Assembly: GCA_036525535.1 (NCBI GenBank)
Contig: DATDAH010000199.1
Location: 582 to 64,581 of the forward strand
Source: Acidimicrobiales bacterium
GTDB lineage: Bacteria > Actinomycetota > Acidimicrobiia > Acidimicrobiales > DATDAH01
Length of the DNA: 64,000 nt
Direction of reading: 5' to 3'
Of the stretch, positions 45,202-53,687 are shown in pieces; position 1 is the first letter of the stretch; each line of letters opens with the position of its first letter. The position numbers and the translations under genes are program-made. Under the pieces are notes generated by a model. It ran no database searches. It saw nothing but the letters and a program-made list of their open reading frames with translations, and was not told the origin of the DNA.

Positions 45202-46054
45202 GATCTCGGTGCGCGACGACACCCGAGCGGACGCCGAGGGAGCGAAACCCCGGGGGAGGGTGAAGCGCCTGGCCAAGGTCCAGTCCCGCCGACCCCGTCG
45301 CTTCGCCGTCACCTACGACGTCAACGGTCCCCACGTCCGCCTCGGGTTCCTCTGGTTCGTGGCCCTCGCCGGCGCCCTCGCCGTGGGGGTGGGCACCCTT
45401 GCCGTCCTCTACTCGGCGACCGCGGCGCTGGCCGGCTACCAGGCGGCCCGCTGCTGGCAGCCGCTGGGTCGGGCTCCCAACCAGTACGTCGCCGCCGGCA
45501 TCGGCGGAGTCATCGGCCTCGCCGCGCTGGGCGGGCCGTCGGCTGTGGGCGCCGTGGTGCTGGCGTCGGCCGTGGCGGCGGTGATCGCCGGGTTCGTGAC
45601 CCCGGAGGCCCGTGAGGCCCCGTTGTCCGCGATGGGGTACACGCTCCAGTGCGGCCTGTTCGTCGGCCTGGCCGCAGCCGCGCCCACCCTCGCCTACCGG
45701 GTCGACATCGGCGCCGCCGCCGCCCTCATCATCTTCGTGTCCGTCTACGAGATGGGCGACTACCTCGTCGGCTCCGGCTCGAAGAACGCCATCGAGGGGC
45801 CCCTGGCCGGCTTCGCCGCCATCGCCGTCTTCACCTTCGCCCTCTGGGTCGTCACCTTCGTGCCGTTCCGGGACAACGCGCTGCTGACCTTCGGGGCGCT
45901 GGCCGCCGGGCTCTGTCCCCTCGGCCAGCTGATGGGATCGGCCGTCCTGCCCCGCTCCGACGCCCCCGCGTCGGCCCTGCGCCGCCTGGATTCTCTGCTC
46001 GTCCTGGGCCCCGCGTGGGTCGTCGCCATCTGGTCCTACACGGAGATCATCTGA
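45194..46054 (+). CDS. Divergent CdsA-family (CTP_transf_1-like) polytopic membrane protein
   Basis: 'EMGDYLVGSGSKNAIEGPLAG' and 'RRLDSLLVLGP' resemble CdsA motifs, but the PGHGG element is missing. GTG 45194 overlaps the moaD-like stop (GTGGCTGA); the alternative start is GTG 45209. Confidence 0.5.
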   Translation: MAEISVRDDTRADAEGAKPRGRVKRLAKVQSRRPRRFAVTYDVNGPHVRLGFLWFVALAGALAVGVGTLAVLYSATAALAGYQAARCWQPLGRAPNQYVAAGIGGVIGLAALGGPSAVGAVVLASAVAAVIAGFVTPEAREAPLSAMGYTLQCGLFVGLAAAAPTLAYRVDIGAAAALIIFVSVYEMGDYLVGSGSKNAIEGPLAGFAAIAVFTFALWVVTFVPFRDNALLTFGALAAGLCPLGQLMGSAVLPRSDAPASALRRLDSLLVLGPAWVVAIWSYTEII

Positions 46055-46070
46055 ACTAGTCTCCGCGGCG

Positions 46071-46829
46071 ATGGAGATCTTCAGCAACTTCATGGACCCG
46101 GCCGGTGGCGGCGAGATGCTCGGTCGCTACGTCCACTTCCTGGCCGGTATCACCTGGATCGGGATGCTCTACTACTTCAACTTCGTCCAGACCCCGGCGT
46201 TCGCCGAGGTCAGCGACGCCACCCGCTCCGAGGCCATGCGCACGATCACGTGGCGGGCCCTGTGGTGGTTCCGCTTCGGCGCCCTGCTCACCTTCCTGTC
46301 GGGCGTCTGGATCCTCGGTGCCCAACACCTGCTCGGGGACCGCTTCGACGACTTCTGGACCACATCGAGCGGCTTGTCGATCCTCATCGGTGCCCTGTTC
46401 GCCACCACCATGTTCCTCAACGTGTGGCTGGTCATCTGGCCGGCCCAGCAGGTCATCATCGGCTCGGCCCGCAAGGTGGCCGAAGGCGGTGAGGCCGATC
46501 CCGAGGCCGCCGCCCGGGCCAAGCCCGCGGCCCGGGCCTCCCGGGCCAACACGCTGATGTCGATCCCCATGCTGTGGTTCATGGGCTTCACCAGCCACTA
46601 CTCCTTCAACTACGGGGAGACCGACGACAGCTCGTTCATCGTCGTGCTCGTCCTGTTCCTCATCATCCTGGCCGTGATCGAGCTGACCGCCTTGGGCAAG
46701 ATCGGCGGCTACGACAGCGAGCTGGCCAAGACGCTCTTCGACAAGCACAAGAACACGATCATCGCCGGGTTCGTGGTGTGGTTCGTGCTGTTCGTCATCG
46801 GCTACGAGCTCATCATCGGCGCCTCCTAG
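46071..46829 (+). CDS. Hypothetical polytopic membrane protein (resembles the PuuD N-terminal membrane domain)
   Basis: 'VHFLAGITWIGMLYYFNFVQ' resembles the urate hydroxylase PuuD membrane region. No heme c motif is present, so the function is uncertain. Confidence 0.5.
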   Translation: MEIFSNFMDPAGGGEMLGRYVHFLAGITWIGMLYYFNFVQTPAFAEVSDATRSEAMRTITWRALWWFRFGALLTFLSGVWILGAQHLLGDRFDDFWTTSSGLSILIGALFATTMFLNVWLVIWPAQQVIIGSARKVAEGGEADPEAAARAKPAARASRANTLMSIPMLWFMGFTSHYSFNYGETDDSSFIVVLVLFLIILAVIELTALGKIGGYDSELAKTLFDKHKNTIIAGFVVWFVLFVIGYELIIGAS

Positions 46830-46854
46830 GAATCGGCGCCGTACGCTCGACCCC

Positions 46855-47391
46855 GTGTCTGCGTCGCTCGACGACTTCTCCGATCCCCACCTGCTCGACG
46901 GCCTGACCGGCTGGCCCCTGGACCGCGTCCGGGCCTTCCGTGACGAGGCCCAAGCGGCCGAGGGGGGGCTGTCCTACGTCCGCCGCGTGGTGCAGGGCCG
47001 CCTCGACATCGTCGGGGCCGAGCTCCAGCGCCGCCGGGAGGGCGGTGACCCGGGCGACCTCAGTGGCCTGATCGCCCAGCTGCCCGACCTCCTGGCCGAC
47101 CCCGATCGCCCGCCCGGCGCGGGGGCCCGGTCACCCCGCCGCCTCGACCTGGCCGAGGTCCCCGACGACCTGGCCGTCGAGTTGGACCAGATCGTGGACA
47201 CCGACGCGCTGGCCGACCTCCCCGGCTTCGACACGGAGGCCCTCGACAAGATGGCCCAGCGGCTGGTCGACTTCGAACGCTGGATCTCCGAGCGCCGTCA
47301 CGTCGTCCAGGGCGTCGTGGACACGCTCCAGGCCGAGATCGCCCGTCGGTACCGCGACGGCGAGGCCACCGTCGACGGGCTCCTGGACTGA
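46855..47391 (+). CDS. rsiG: RsiG-like anti-sigma factor with two c-di-GMP-binding signature motifs
   Basis: 'EGGLSYVRRVVQGRLD' (aa 36-51) and 'ERWISERRHVVQGVVD' (aa 141-156) both fit E(X)3S(X)2R(X)3Q(X)3D exactly. The two predicted helical arms are separated by a Pro/Asp-rich linker. Confidence 0.65.
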   Translation: MSASLDDFSDPHLLDGLTGWPLDRVRAFRDEAQAAEGGLSYVRRVVQGRLDIVGAELQRRREGGDPGDLSGLIAQLPDLLADPDRPPGAGARSPRRLDLAEVPDDLAVELDQIVDTDALADLPGFDTEALDKMAQRLVDFERWISERRHVVQGVVDTLQAEIARRYRDGEATVDGLLD

Positions 47392-47393
47392 CC

Positions 47394-47789
47394 GTGCCCT
47401 CGGGTGACGAGCTGAAAGGCGAGATCGAGACCCGCTGGCGCGACCTCGGGGAATTCATCCGGGAGCAGCGCAACCTCGGTCAGCTCTCGCTGCGCAAGCT
47501 CTCGGAGAAGGCCGAGGTCTCCAATCCGTACCTGAGCCAGATCGAGCGGGGCCTGCGCCACCCGTCAGCGGAGATCCTGCGCCAGATCGCGCGCGCCCTC
47601 GAGATCTCCTCCGAAGAGCTCTACGTGCGGGCCGGCATCCTCGAGGAGCGGGACGACCGCCCGGACCTGATCGCGGAGATCCGCCGGGAGAGCGACCTCA
47701 CCGAAGACCAGAAGAAGCACCTCATCTACATGTACGAGTCCTTCCGCAGCGCGAACGCCGGAGCGGTCGAGGCCGAGGCAGCCGAGTAG
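47394..47789 (+). CDS. XRE-family helix-turn-helix transcriptional regulator (Rv0474-like)
   Basis: 'LSLRKLSEKAEVSNPYLSQIERGLRHPSAEILRQIARAL'. It starts 2 nt after the rsiG-like stop. Confidence 0.85.
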   Translation: MPSGDELKGEIETRWRDLGEFIREQRNLGQLSLRKLSEKAEVSNPYLSQIERGLRHPSAEILRQIARALEISSEELYVRAGILEERDDRPDLIAEIRRESDLTEDQKKHLIYMYESFRSANAGAVEAEAAE

Positions 47790-47807
47790 GGAATCGGGGA
47801 CCTGCCC

Positions 47808-49031
47808 GTGACGTTGTCCAACGGCGTGACCCGCGCCGCCGTGCTCTCCCTGCACACGTCCCCCCTGGCCCAGCCGGGCACGGGCGACAGCGGCGGGATG
47901 AACGTGTACGTGCGGGAGCTGGTTGCGGCCCTCAGCCAAGCCGGCGTCGAGTGCTGCGTGTTCGTGCGCCGCAGCGACACCGAGTCCCCCGACGTGGTCG
48001 ACGTCGAGCCCGGGTTCCGGGTGGTCCACGTCGACGCCGGCCCCGTCGACCTGGCCAAGGAGGACCTGCCCGGGATCCTCCCGGCCTACATCGCCGCCGT
48101 GGAGGAGTGGCTGCGGCGCGAACCGGTCGACGTGATCCACGCCAACTACTGGCTGTCAGGGCTGGCCGGCCACGAGCTGAAGCACCGCCTCGACCTGCCC
48201 CTGGTGTCGACCTTCCACACCCTGGCCCGGGTGAAGGCCGAGAACGGCGATCCGGAGCCCGAGCGCCGGGCCGAGGCCGAGGCCTCGATCATCGGCTGCT
48301 CGGACGTCATCTGCGCCTCCAGCACCACCGAGGAGAGCCAGCTGGCCGTCCTCTACGACGCACCGGCCGACCGCATCGAGATCGTGCCGCCGGGTGTGGA
48401 CCACGCCTTCTTCTCGCCCGGTGACCAGCGGGGGGCCCGCAGCGCCCTCGGGCTGGGCGGGGAGCCGGTGCTGCTCTTCGTCGGCCGGGTCCAGCCCCTC
48501 AAGCGCCTCGGGATGGCGGTCGACGTGTTGGCCCGCATCGAGCGCCAGGACGCCACACTGGTCGTCGTCGGGGGCCCGTCGGGCACGCAGGGCGAGGTCG
48601 AGCTGATCCGGGTCCGGGACCAGGCCGCGAGCCTCGGTGTCGCGGATCGCATCCGCTGGGTCGCGCCCGTGCCCCACCACCTGCTGTCCACCTACTACCG
48701 GGCCGCGGACGTGTGCCTGGTCCCGAGCCGCTCGGAGTCCTTCGGCCTGGTGGCCCTCGAGGCCGCGGCCTGCGGCATCCCCGTGGTCGCCGCCGCCGTC
48801 GGGGGCCTGCGTTCCATCGTGGAGCACGGCCGCACCGGCTTCCTGGTCGAGGGGGGCGATCCCGCGTACTTCGGGGCCTACGTGGACGAGGTCCTGGGCA
48901 GTCCGCGGCTTGCCGCCGAGCTGGGGCGGGCCGCGGCCGAGCGGGGGCGCACGTTCACCTGGTCGACCACGGCGGCCCGGCTCCGCCGCCTCTACGCCGA
49001 CCTGGCCACCCGGGCCCCGGTCAGCTGCTGA
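47808..49031 (+). CDS. mshA: D-inositol-3-phosphate glycosyltransferase (mycothiol biosynthesis)
   Basis: 'LSLHTSPLAQPGTGDSGGMNVYVRELV', 'ANYWLSG' and a GT4 C-terminal 'PSRSESFGLVALEAAACGIPVVA'. Confidence 0.9.
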   Translation: MTLSNGVTRAAVLSLHTSPLAQPGTGDSGGMNVYVRELVAALSQAGVECCVFVRRSDTESPDVVDVEPGFRVVHVDAGPVDLAKEDLPGILPAYIAAVEEWLRREPVDVIHANYWLSGLAGHELKHRLDLPLVSTFHTLARVKAENGDPEPERRAEAEASIIGCSDVICASSTTEESQLAVLYDAPADRIEIVPPGVDHAFFSPGDQRGARSALGLGGEPVLLFVGRVQPLKRLGMAVDVLARIERQDATLVVVGGPSGTQGEVELIRVRDQAASLGVADRIRWVAPVPHHLLSTYYRAADVCLVPSRSESFGLVALEAAACGIPVVAAAVGGLRSIVEHGRTGFLVEGGDPAYFGAYVDEVLGSPRLAAELGRAAAERGRTFTWSTTAARLRRLYADLATRAPVSC

Positions 49032-49520
49032 GTGTCCGGTCCCGGACCCGCCGGAGTGCTGTCGGCAGACGCCCTCGACGCCCTCGAGGACCGCATCGAC
49101 GCCTGGTTCGCCCGGGAAGCGGCCGCCAACCCCATGATCGCCGCCGTCGACCGGGGTGAGCCGGGAGAGCGTCGGTGGTACGTCCGGGTCCGGGGCGAGC
49201 AGAAGGACACCTTCACGCTGTGGTTCACGCTGGGCCAGCGCACCCTGCGCTACGAGACCTACGTGATGCCGGCGCCCGAGGAGAACCGCGCCGCCTTCTA
49301 CGAGCACCTGTTGGCGCGCAACCTCGGTCTCTACGGCTGGGGCTTCGCCATCGGCGAGGAGTCGGCGGTGTTCCTGCGCGGTGCCCTGGGCGTCGAGGGC
49401 CTCGCCGGCGACGAGGCGCTGGCCCGCGAGCTGGACCGGGTCCTCGGCTCGGGCTGGGAGTACGTGGAGCGGTGCTTCCGTCCCGCCCTGCGGATCGGCT
49501 TCGCCAGCAAGGTTCAGTAA
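49032..49520 (+). CDS. YbjN domain-containing protein
   Basis: 162 aa immediately after mshA, which is the same pairing as Rv0486/Rv0487. 'FTLWFTLGQRTLRYETYVMP' is typical of the family. Confidence 0.7.
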   Translation: MSGPGPAGVLSADALDALEDRIDAWFAREAAANPMIAAVDRGEPGERRWYVRVRGEQKDTFTLWFTLGQRTLRYETYVMPAPEENRAAFYEHLLARNLGLYGWGFAIGEESAVFLRGALGVEGLAGDEALARELDRVLGSGWEYVERCFRPALRIGFASKVQ

Positions 49521-49753
49521 GTTTCAGTCATTTATATTGTGTTTAATGTCTAAGTGGCTCTAGAGTCGGCTACGACCCGGTGTGCCCGGCGTCGCCCCGT
49601 CGGGGAAGCGGGGGTGGTCGTGAGCGGCACACCGGGTCGCATTACGGTCCTGTTACAGTCGGGCCGACCCGGTCCTCCTCCGGAGCGGTCCCGGCGGACT
49701 ACTCTCCGGAACCGGACGGGTCGACCGGTCCGACACCCCAGTCCAGAGGATTC
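49521..49753 (+). promoter_or_regulatory. AT-rich promoter island plus a highly structured 5' leader of the M23 peptidase gene
   Basis: 49521-49570 is AT-rich ('TTTCAGTCATTTATATTGTGTTTAATGTCTAAG') in a genome of about 70% GC. A 14-bp perfect stem pairs 49573-49586 with 49626-49639. A second long imperfect stem pairs 49659-49676 with 49715-49735 and encloses 'CCGGAG...CTCCGG'. Confidence 0.45.
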
Positions 49754-50866
49754 ATGCCCGCACGCGTACAACGAGGAGCCGCCGTCCTGCTGGCGACGCT
49801 CGCCCTCGCGGTGGCGGCCCCCGTGTGGGCCCAGTCCGCTGACGACCTCGACGAGAACCAGCAGCAGCAGGACGAGCTCGACTCCCAGCTCGAGATCCTG
49901 GAGGCGGACCACGCCGAGCTGGAAGCGGCCCTGGAGGCCACCAGTGCCCGGGTCCGCCAGCAGGAGGCGGCCAAGCGGGCGGCCGAGCAGCGCCTCGAGG
50001 CCGCTCGGGCCGAGGTCCGCGCCGCCCAGGCCGCGGTGGCCGAGATGCAGGCCGAGATCGTCGAACTGGGTCACCAGGCCGACGAAGACGCGGTCGACCT
50101 CTACATGAACCCCGAACCGACGTTGACGGTGATGGACACCGACGACCTGACCCAGGCCACCCGCCGGGATGCCCTGCTGTCGACCATCGCCTCCCGCCAC
50201 AGCGACGTGCTCGACCGGCTCGGCGGCCTCGAGATCGACCTGGTCGACGCCGAGGCCCGGACCCGTGACGCCGCTGCCGCGGTCGAGGCCGAGCGGGCCG
50301 AGGTCGCGGCCCTCCTGTCCGAGTACCAGGCCACGCTCAACGAGCAGCAGCGACTGGAGTCGGCGCTGACCGCCCGGATCGACGCCGTCCAAGCCGAGGC
50401 CGCGGCCCTGGCCGAGGAGGAGGCCTCCATCCGGGCCGCCCTGGCCCAGGCGTCCCAGGCGCCGGTCGGCCCCGGTGGCTCCATCGACACCCCGCCCAGT
50501 GCGGCCGGCCTGGTCTGGCCCGCCCAGGGCACGATCACCGGGGTGTTCGGCGAGGACCGTGGCGACCACATGCACGCCGGCATCGACATCGCCAACAGCA
50601 CCAACACGCCGATCTACGCCGCCAACGAGGGCACGGTCATCGGGGGCTGCGGCGGGGGCTACGGCAACTGCATCCTCATCGACCACGGCGACGGCATGGT
50701 CACGCTCTACGCCCACCAGAACTCGATCATCGTGGGGACCGGCGCGCACGTCAGCCGCGGCCAGCAGGTCGGCTACATGGGCTGCACGGGCAGCTGCACC
50801 GGCACCCACCTGCACTTCGAGGTCCGCATCAACGGCACGCCCTACGACCCCCAGGCCTACCTGTAG
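49754..50866 (+). CDS. M23 family metallopeptidase with N-terminal signal peptide and coiled coil
   Basis: Signal 'AVLLATLALAVAAPVWAQS', long coiled coil, then LytM motifs 'HMHAGIDIA', 'LIDHGDGMVTLYAH' and 'GTHLHFEVR'. SD 'AGAGGA' upstream. Start ATG 49754. Confidence 0.88.
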   Translation: MPARVQRGAAVLLATLALAVAAPVWAQSADDLDENQQQQDELDSQLEILEADHAELEAALEATSARVRQQEAAKRAAEQRLEAARAEVRAAQAAVAEMQAEIVELGHQADEDAVDLYMNPEPTLTVMDTDDLTQATRRDALLSTIASRHSDVLDRLGGLEIDLVDAEARTRDAAAAVEAERAEVAALLSEYQATLNEQQRLESALTARIDAVQAEAAALAEEEASIRAALAQASQAPVGPGGSIDTPPSAAGLVWPAQGTITGVFGEDRGDHMHAGIDIANSTNTPIYAANEGTVIGGCGGGYGNCILIDHGDGMVTLYAHQNSIIVGTGAHVSRGQQVGYMGCTGSCTGTHLHFEVRINGTPYDPQAYL

Positions 50867-50872
50867 GACTTC

Positions 50873-51658
50873 ATGCGCCTGCAACTGGTCGGAGGCGGGC
50901 GAATGGGTGAAGCCCTCCTGGCCGGCCTGCTCGCCGCCGACTGGGCCCCCGCCGGCGAGGTCCGAGTCGTCGAGGCCCTGGCGCCTCGCCGGGCGGAGCT
51001 GACGAAGCGGTTCCCCGACATCGAGGTGACCGACACCGTCGGCCCGGCCGAGGGCACCGTCCTGGCCACCAAGCCCGGCGACATCGCCACGGCCTGCGCC
51101 GCGCTCGGCGCTGACGCCGGTCGGGTCCTGTCCATCGCCGCCGGGGTCCGCCTGGCCGATCTCGAGGGAGCACTGCCGAACGGCACCGCGGTGGTGCGGG
51201 CCATGCCCAACACCCCGGCCCTGGTCGGGACCGGAGCGGCGGCCATTGCCGCGGGCACGGCGGCCACCGACGACGACCTGGCCTGGGCGGAGTCGATCCT
51301 GTCGGCGGTCGGCATCGTGGTCCGGGTGGCCGAGCCTCTGCTCGACGCCGTCACCGGCCTGTCCGGCTCCGGCCCGGCCTACGTCTTCCTGGTGGCCGAA
51401 GCGCTGATCGAGGCCGGCGTCCTGGTCGGCCTGCCGCGGCCCGTCGCGGCCGAGCTGGCCGGGCAGACCCTGCTCGGCTCGGCCCGGCTGCTGGTCGAGG
51501 GCGACGACGGTCCCGAGGCCCTGCGCGCCGCGGTCACCTCACCGGGCGGCACGACGGCTGCGGGCCTGAGGGCGCTGGAGCAGGCCGGCGTCCGGGCGGC
51601 GTTCCTGGACGCCGTGGTCGCCGCCACCGAGCGCTCCCGCGAGCTGGGCGGGGTCTGA
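50873..51658 (+). CDS. proC: Pyrroline-5-carboxylate reductase
   Basis: 'LVGGGRMGEALLAGL', 'RAMPNTPALVG', 'GSGPAYVFLVAEAL' and 'VTSPGGTTAAGL'. Confidence 0.92.
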   Translation: MRLQLVGGGRMGEALLAGLLAADWAPAGEVRVVEALAPRRAELTKRFPDIEVTDTVGPAEGTVLATKPGDIATACAALGADAGRVLSIAAGVRLADLEGALPNGTAVVRAMPNTPALVGTGAAAIAAGTAATDDDLAWAESILSAVGIVVRVAEPLLDAVTGLSGSGPAYVFLVAEALIEAGVLVGLPRPVAAELAGQTLLGSARLLVEGDDGPEALRAAVTSPGGTTAAGLRALEQAGVRAAFLDAVVAATERSRELGGV

Positions 51659-51695
51659 CCGCCTGGTTTAGGCTGAACCCAGCGGAGTTAGGGGA

Positions 51696-51893
51696 ATGCA
51701 CAACGTGGCTGAGGAGCGCGCCCGGTTCTTGACCGTGGCGGAGGTCGCCGATCTCCTTCGGGTGTCGAGCATGACGGTGTATCGCCTCATCGAGGCGGGG
51801 GATCTGCGCGCCCTGCGGGTGGGCAAGTCGTACCGCATCAACGCCGACGACCTCGAGTCCTTCCTCGGTCCCCGGTACACCCAGACCGGGTGA
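51696..51893 (+). CDS. Excisionase-family helix-turn-helix DNA-binding protein (Rv0500A-like)
   Basis: 'FLTVAEVADLLRVSSMTVYRLIEAGDLRALRVGKSYRI'. It follows proC, as in mycobacteria. Confidence 0.8.
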   Translation: MHNVAEERARFLTVAEVADLLRVSSMTVYRLIEAGDLRALRVGKSYRINADDLESFLGPRYTQTG

Positions 51894-52753
51894 CTCGCTA
51901 CTCGACCGTCTCCTTCCTCTCGGACTACGGCACCGGCGACGAGTTCGTCGGCGTGGTCAAGTCCGTCATCCGTTCGATCGAGCCCGCCGCCGCGGTCATC
52001 GACATCACCCACGAGATCCCGCCCCACGACGTCCGGGCCGGGGGGCTGGCCTTGGCCCGGGCCGCCCAATACCTGGTGCCCGGTGTGGTGCTGGCGGTCG
52101 TCGACCCCGGCGTCGGCACCACCCGCCGGGCCGTCGCCGTCGAGGTCGGCAACGGCCAGTCGGTCCTGGTCGGGCCCGACAACGGCCTGCTGGCCGCCGC
52201 GGTGGGCATGGTGGGCGGCGCTGACCGGGTGATCGAGCTCACCAACCCCGACTACCACCTGCCCTCGCCGGGGGCGACCTTCGACGGGCGGGACCTCTTC
52301 GCGCCGGTCGCCGCCCACCTGTGTGCCGGCGTGGACCTGGAGGAGTTCGGCGACCCGATCGACGCCACCAGCCTGCAGCCGGGGATGATCCCCCTGCCCT
52401 TCGCCGAGGGGGAGGCGGTGGCCGCCCAGGTCCTGTGGATCGACCGCTTCGGCAACGCCCAGCTCAACGTGGGCCCCGACGACGTCGAGCACCTGGGTGA
52501 CCGGGTCCGGCTGGTGTTCGGCGAACGGTCCCGGCTGGCCCGTCGGGCGACCTCGTTCGCGGAGCTGGGCGGTGACGTGGGTCTGGTCCTGGACTCCTAC
52601 GGGCTGCTGGCGGTGGCCCTGGACCGCCATCCGGCGGCGGTCGAGCTGGCGCTGGCGACGGGGGACGAGGTCAAGATCGAGCGGGCCGACGGTGACGGAC
52701 GGGGCAACGGCGCCGGCCCGGTGCCGGTCGACATCGCCCCTGCGCCCCGGTGA
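51890..52753 (+). CDS. SAM hydroxide adenosyltransferase family protein (DUF62)
   Basis: 'SFLSDYGTGDEFVGVVKSVI', 'VVDPGVGTTRR', 'GPDNGLL' and 'TFDGRDLFAPVAAHL'. GTGA overlap with the HTH gene. Confidence 0.85.
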   Translation: MTRYSTVSFLSDYGTGDEFVGVVKSVIRSIEPAAAVIDITHEIPPHDVRAGGLALARAAQYLVPGVVLAVVDPGVGTTRRAVAVEVGNGQSVLVGPDNGLLAAAVGMVGGADRVIELTNPDYHLPSPGATFDGRDLFAPVAAHLCAGVDLEEFGDPIDATSLQPGMIPLPFAEGEAVAAQVLWIDRFGNAQLNVGPDDVEHLGDRVRLVFGERSRLARRATSFAELGGDVGLVLDSYGLLAVALDRHPAAVELALATGDEVKIERADGDGRGNGAGPVPVDIAPAPR

Positions 52754-52835
52754 GGCCGGCCACGCTGGCCGCTCTGGCCGCGCTCCTCCTCGCCATCTTC
52801 GTGGCCGCCGCCTTCCAGCTCTTCTTCCTGGCTCG

Positions 52836-53687
52836 TTAGCCGCTGAGGCGGTCGCGGGTGAAGCGCGTGGCCCCTCGCGCGATGAGCCAGCCGGCGATCA
52901 GCCAGACGCCGGCTCCGATGCCGATGGCCACCGGGAGGTCGACGAGCAGCAGCCCGGTGGCCTGACCCATGGCCAGGAAGATCAGGGGCAGGATCACCGC
53001 CCCGCCCAGCTGGTTGGCCTCCTGGGCGGTGTGGGCCCTCGCCGACACCCGCAACATGACGCCCAGGCCCAGGGCGGCCACGGCGGGGGCCACCCAGAGG
53101 ATCATCACCATCCAGAGCTGGGTGGGCACGAAGATCCGGTGCACCACCGACCACCCCACGCCGTTGGCCACGACGGCGAAGCAGATGAACCCGATCCAGG
53201 AGACGGCCAGGGCGGGCACGAAGGCGACCAGGAGCTTGGCCAGGAACAGGTCCCGGTCCGACACGGGGAGGTGGAGGAGCGACTCGAGGGTCCTCCGTTC
53301 CTTCTCACCGGCGAAGGCGTCGGCGGCGAGGACGGCCGAGACCATCAGCGGGACGATCAGGAACAGGGGCGCCAGCAGGTAGCCATTGACGAGCAGGATC
53401 ATCTGCTCGGCGGGGGGCTGGGTGGTGATGGGCTGGGCCAGGTGGGCGGGGAGCCGGTCGAGGAAGGGGGAGACGTCGACGGAGCCCGCGCCGCGAGCCG
53501 CCAGCCCGATGACGAGGGGCAGGACGATGAGGAGCAGGACCGGGACGAAGATCATGGGCAGGAACACGGCCTTGGCCCGGCGCACGGCGGTCAGGTCCCG
53601 GACGACGATGGCCCGGATGGCGCCCCACGCAAAGGGCGCGCGGGAGGAGTCGGTCGGGCGGGAGGTCTCCACGGAGGTGGCGGTCAC
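52836..53687 (-). CDS. ABC-2 type transporter permease
   Basis: 6-TM protein containing 'AGEKERRTLESLL'. GTG 53687 forms a GTGA overlap with the ATPase stop. The rest of the 1198-aa track ORF is antisense to fadD and rejected. Confidence 0.8.
   Translation of the reverse strand: MTATSVETSRPTDSSRAPFAWGAIRAIVVRDLTAVRRAKAVFLPMIFVPVLLLIVLPLVIGLAARGAGSVDVSPFLDRLPAHLAQPITTQPPAEQMILLVNGYLLAPLFLIVPLMVSAVLAADAFAGEKERRTLESLLHLPVSDRDLFLAKLLVAFVPALAVSWIGFICFAVVANGVGWSVVHRIFVPTQLWMVMILWVAPAVAALGLGVMLRVSARAHTAQEANQLGGAVILPLIFLAMGQATGLLLVDLPVAIGIGAGVWLIAGWLIARGATRFTRDRLSG

Noticed and set aside
49561-49753. ydaO/c-di-AMP riboswitch upstream of the M23 cell-wall hydrolase
   Set aside because: The genomic context fits. 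However, I could not find the conserved core strings I recall for RF00379 ('GGGGACCCA', 'GGUAGG', 'ACCUCGUAAGCG'-like 3' segment). It is kept only as an unclassified structured leader pending a covariance-model search.
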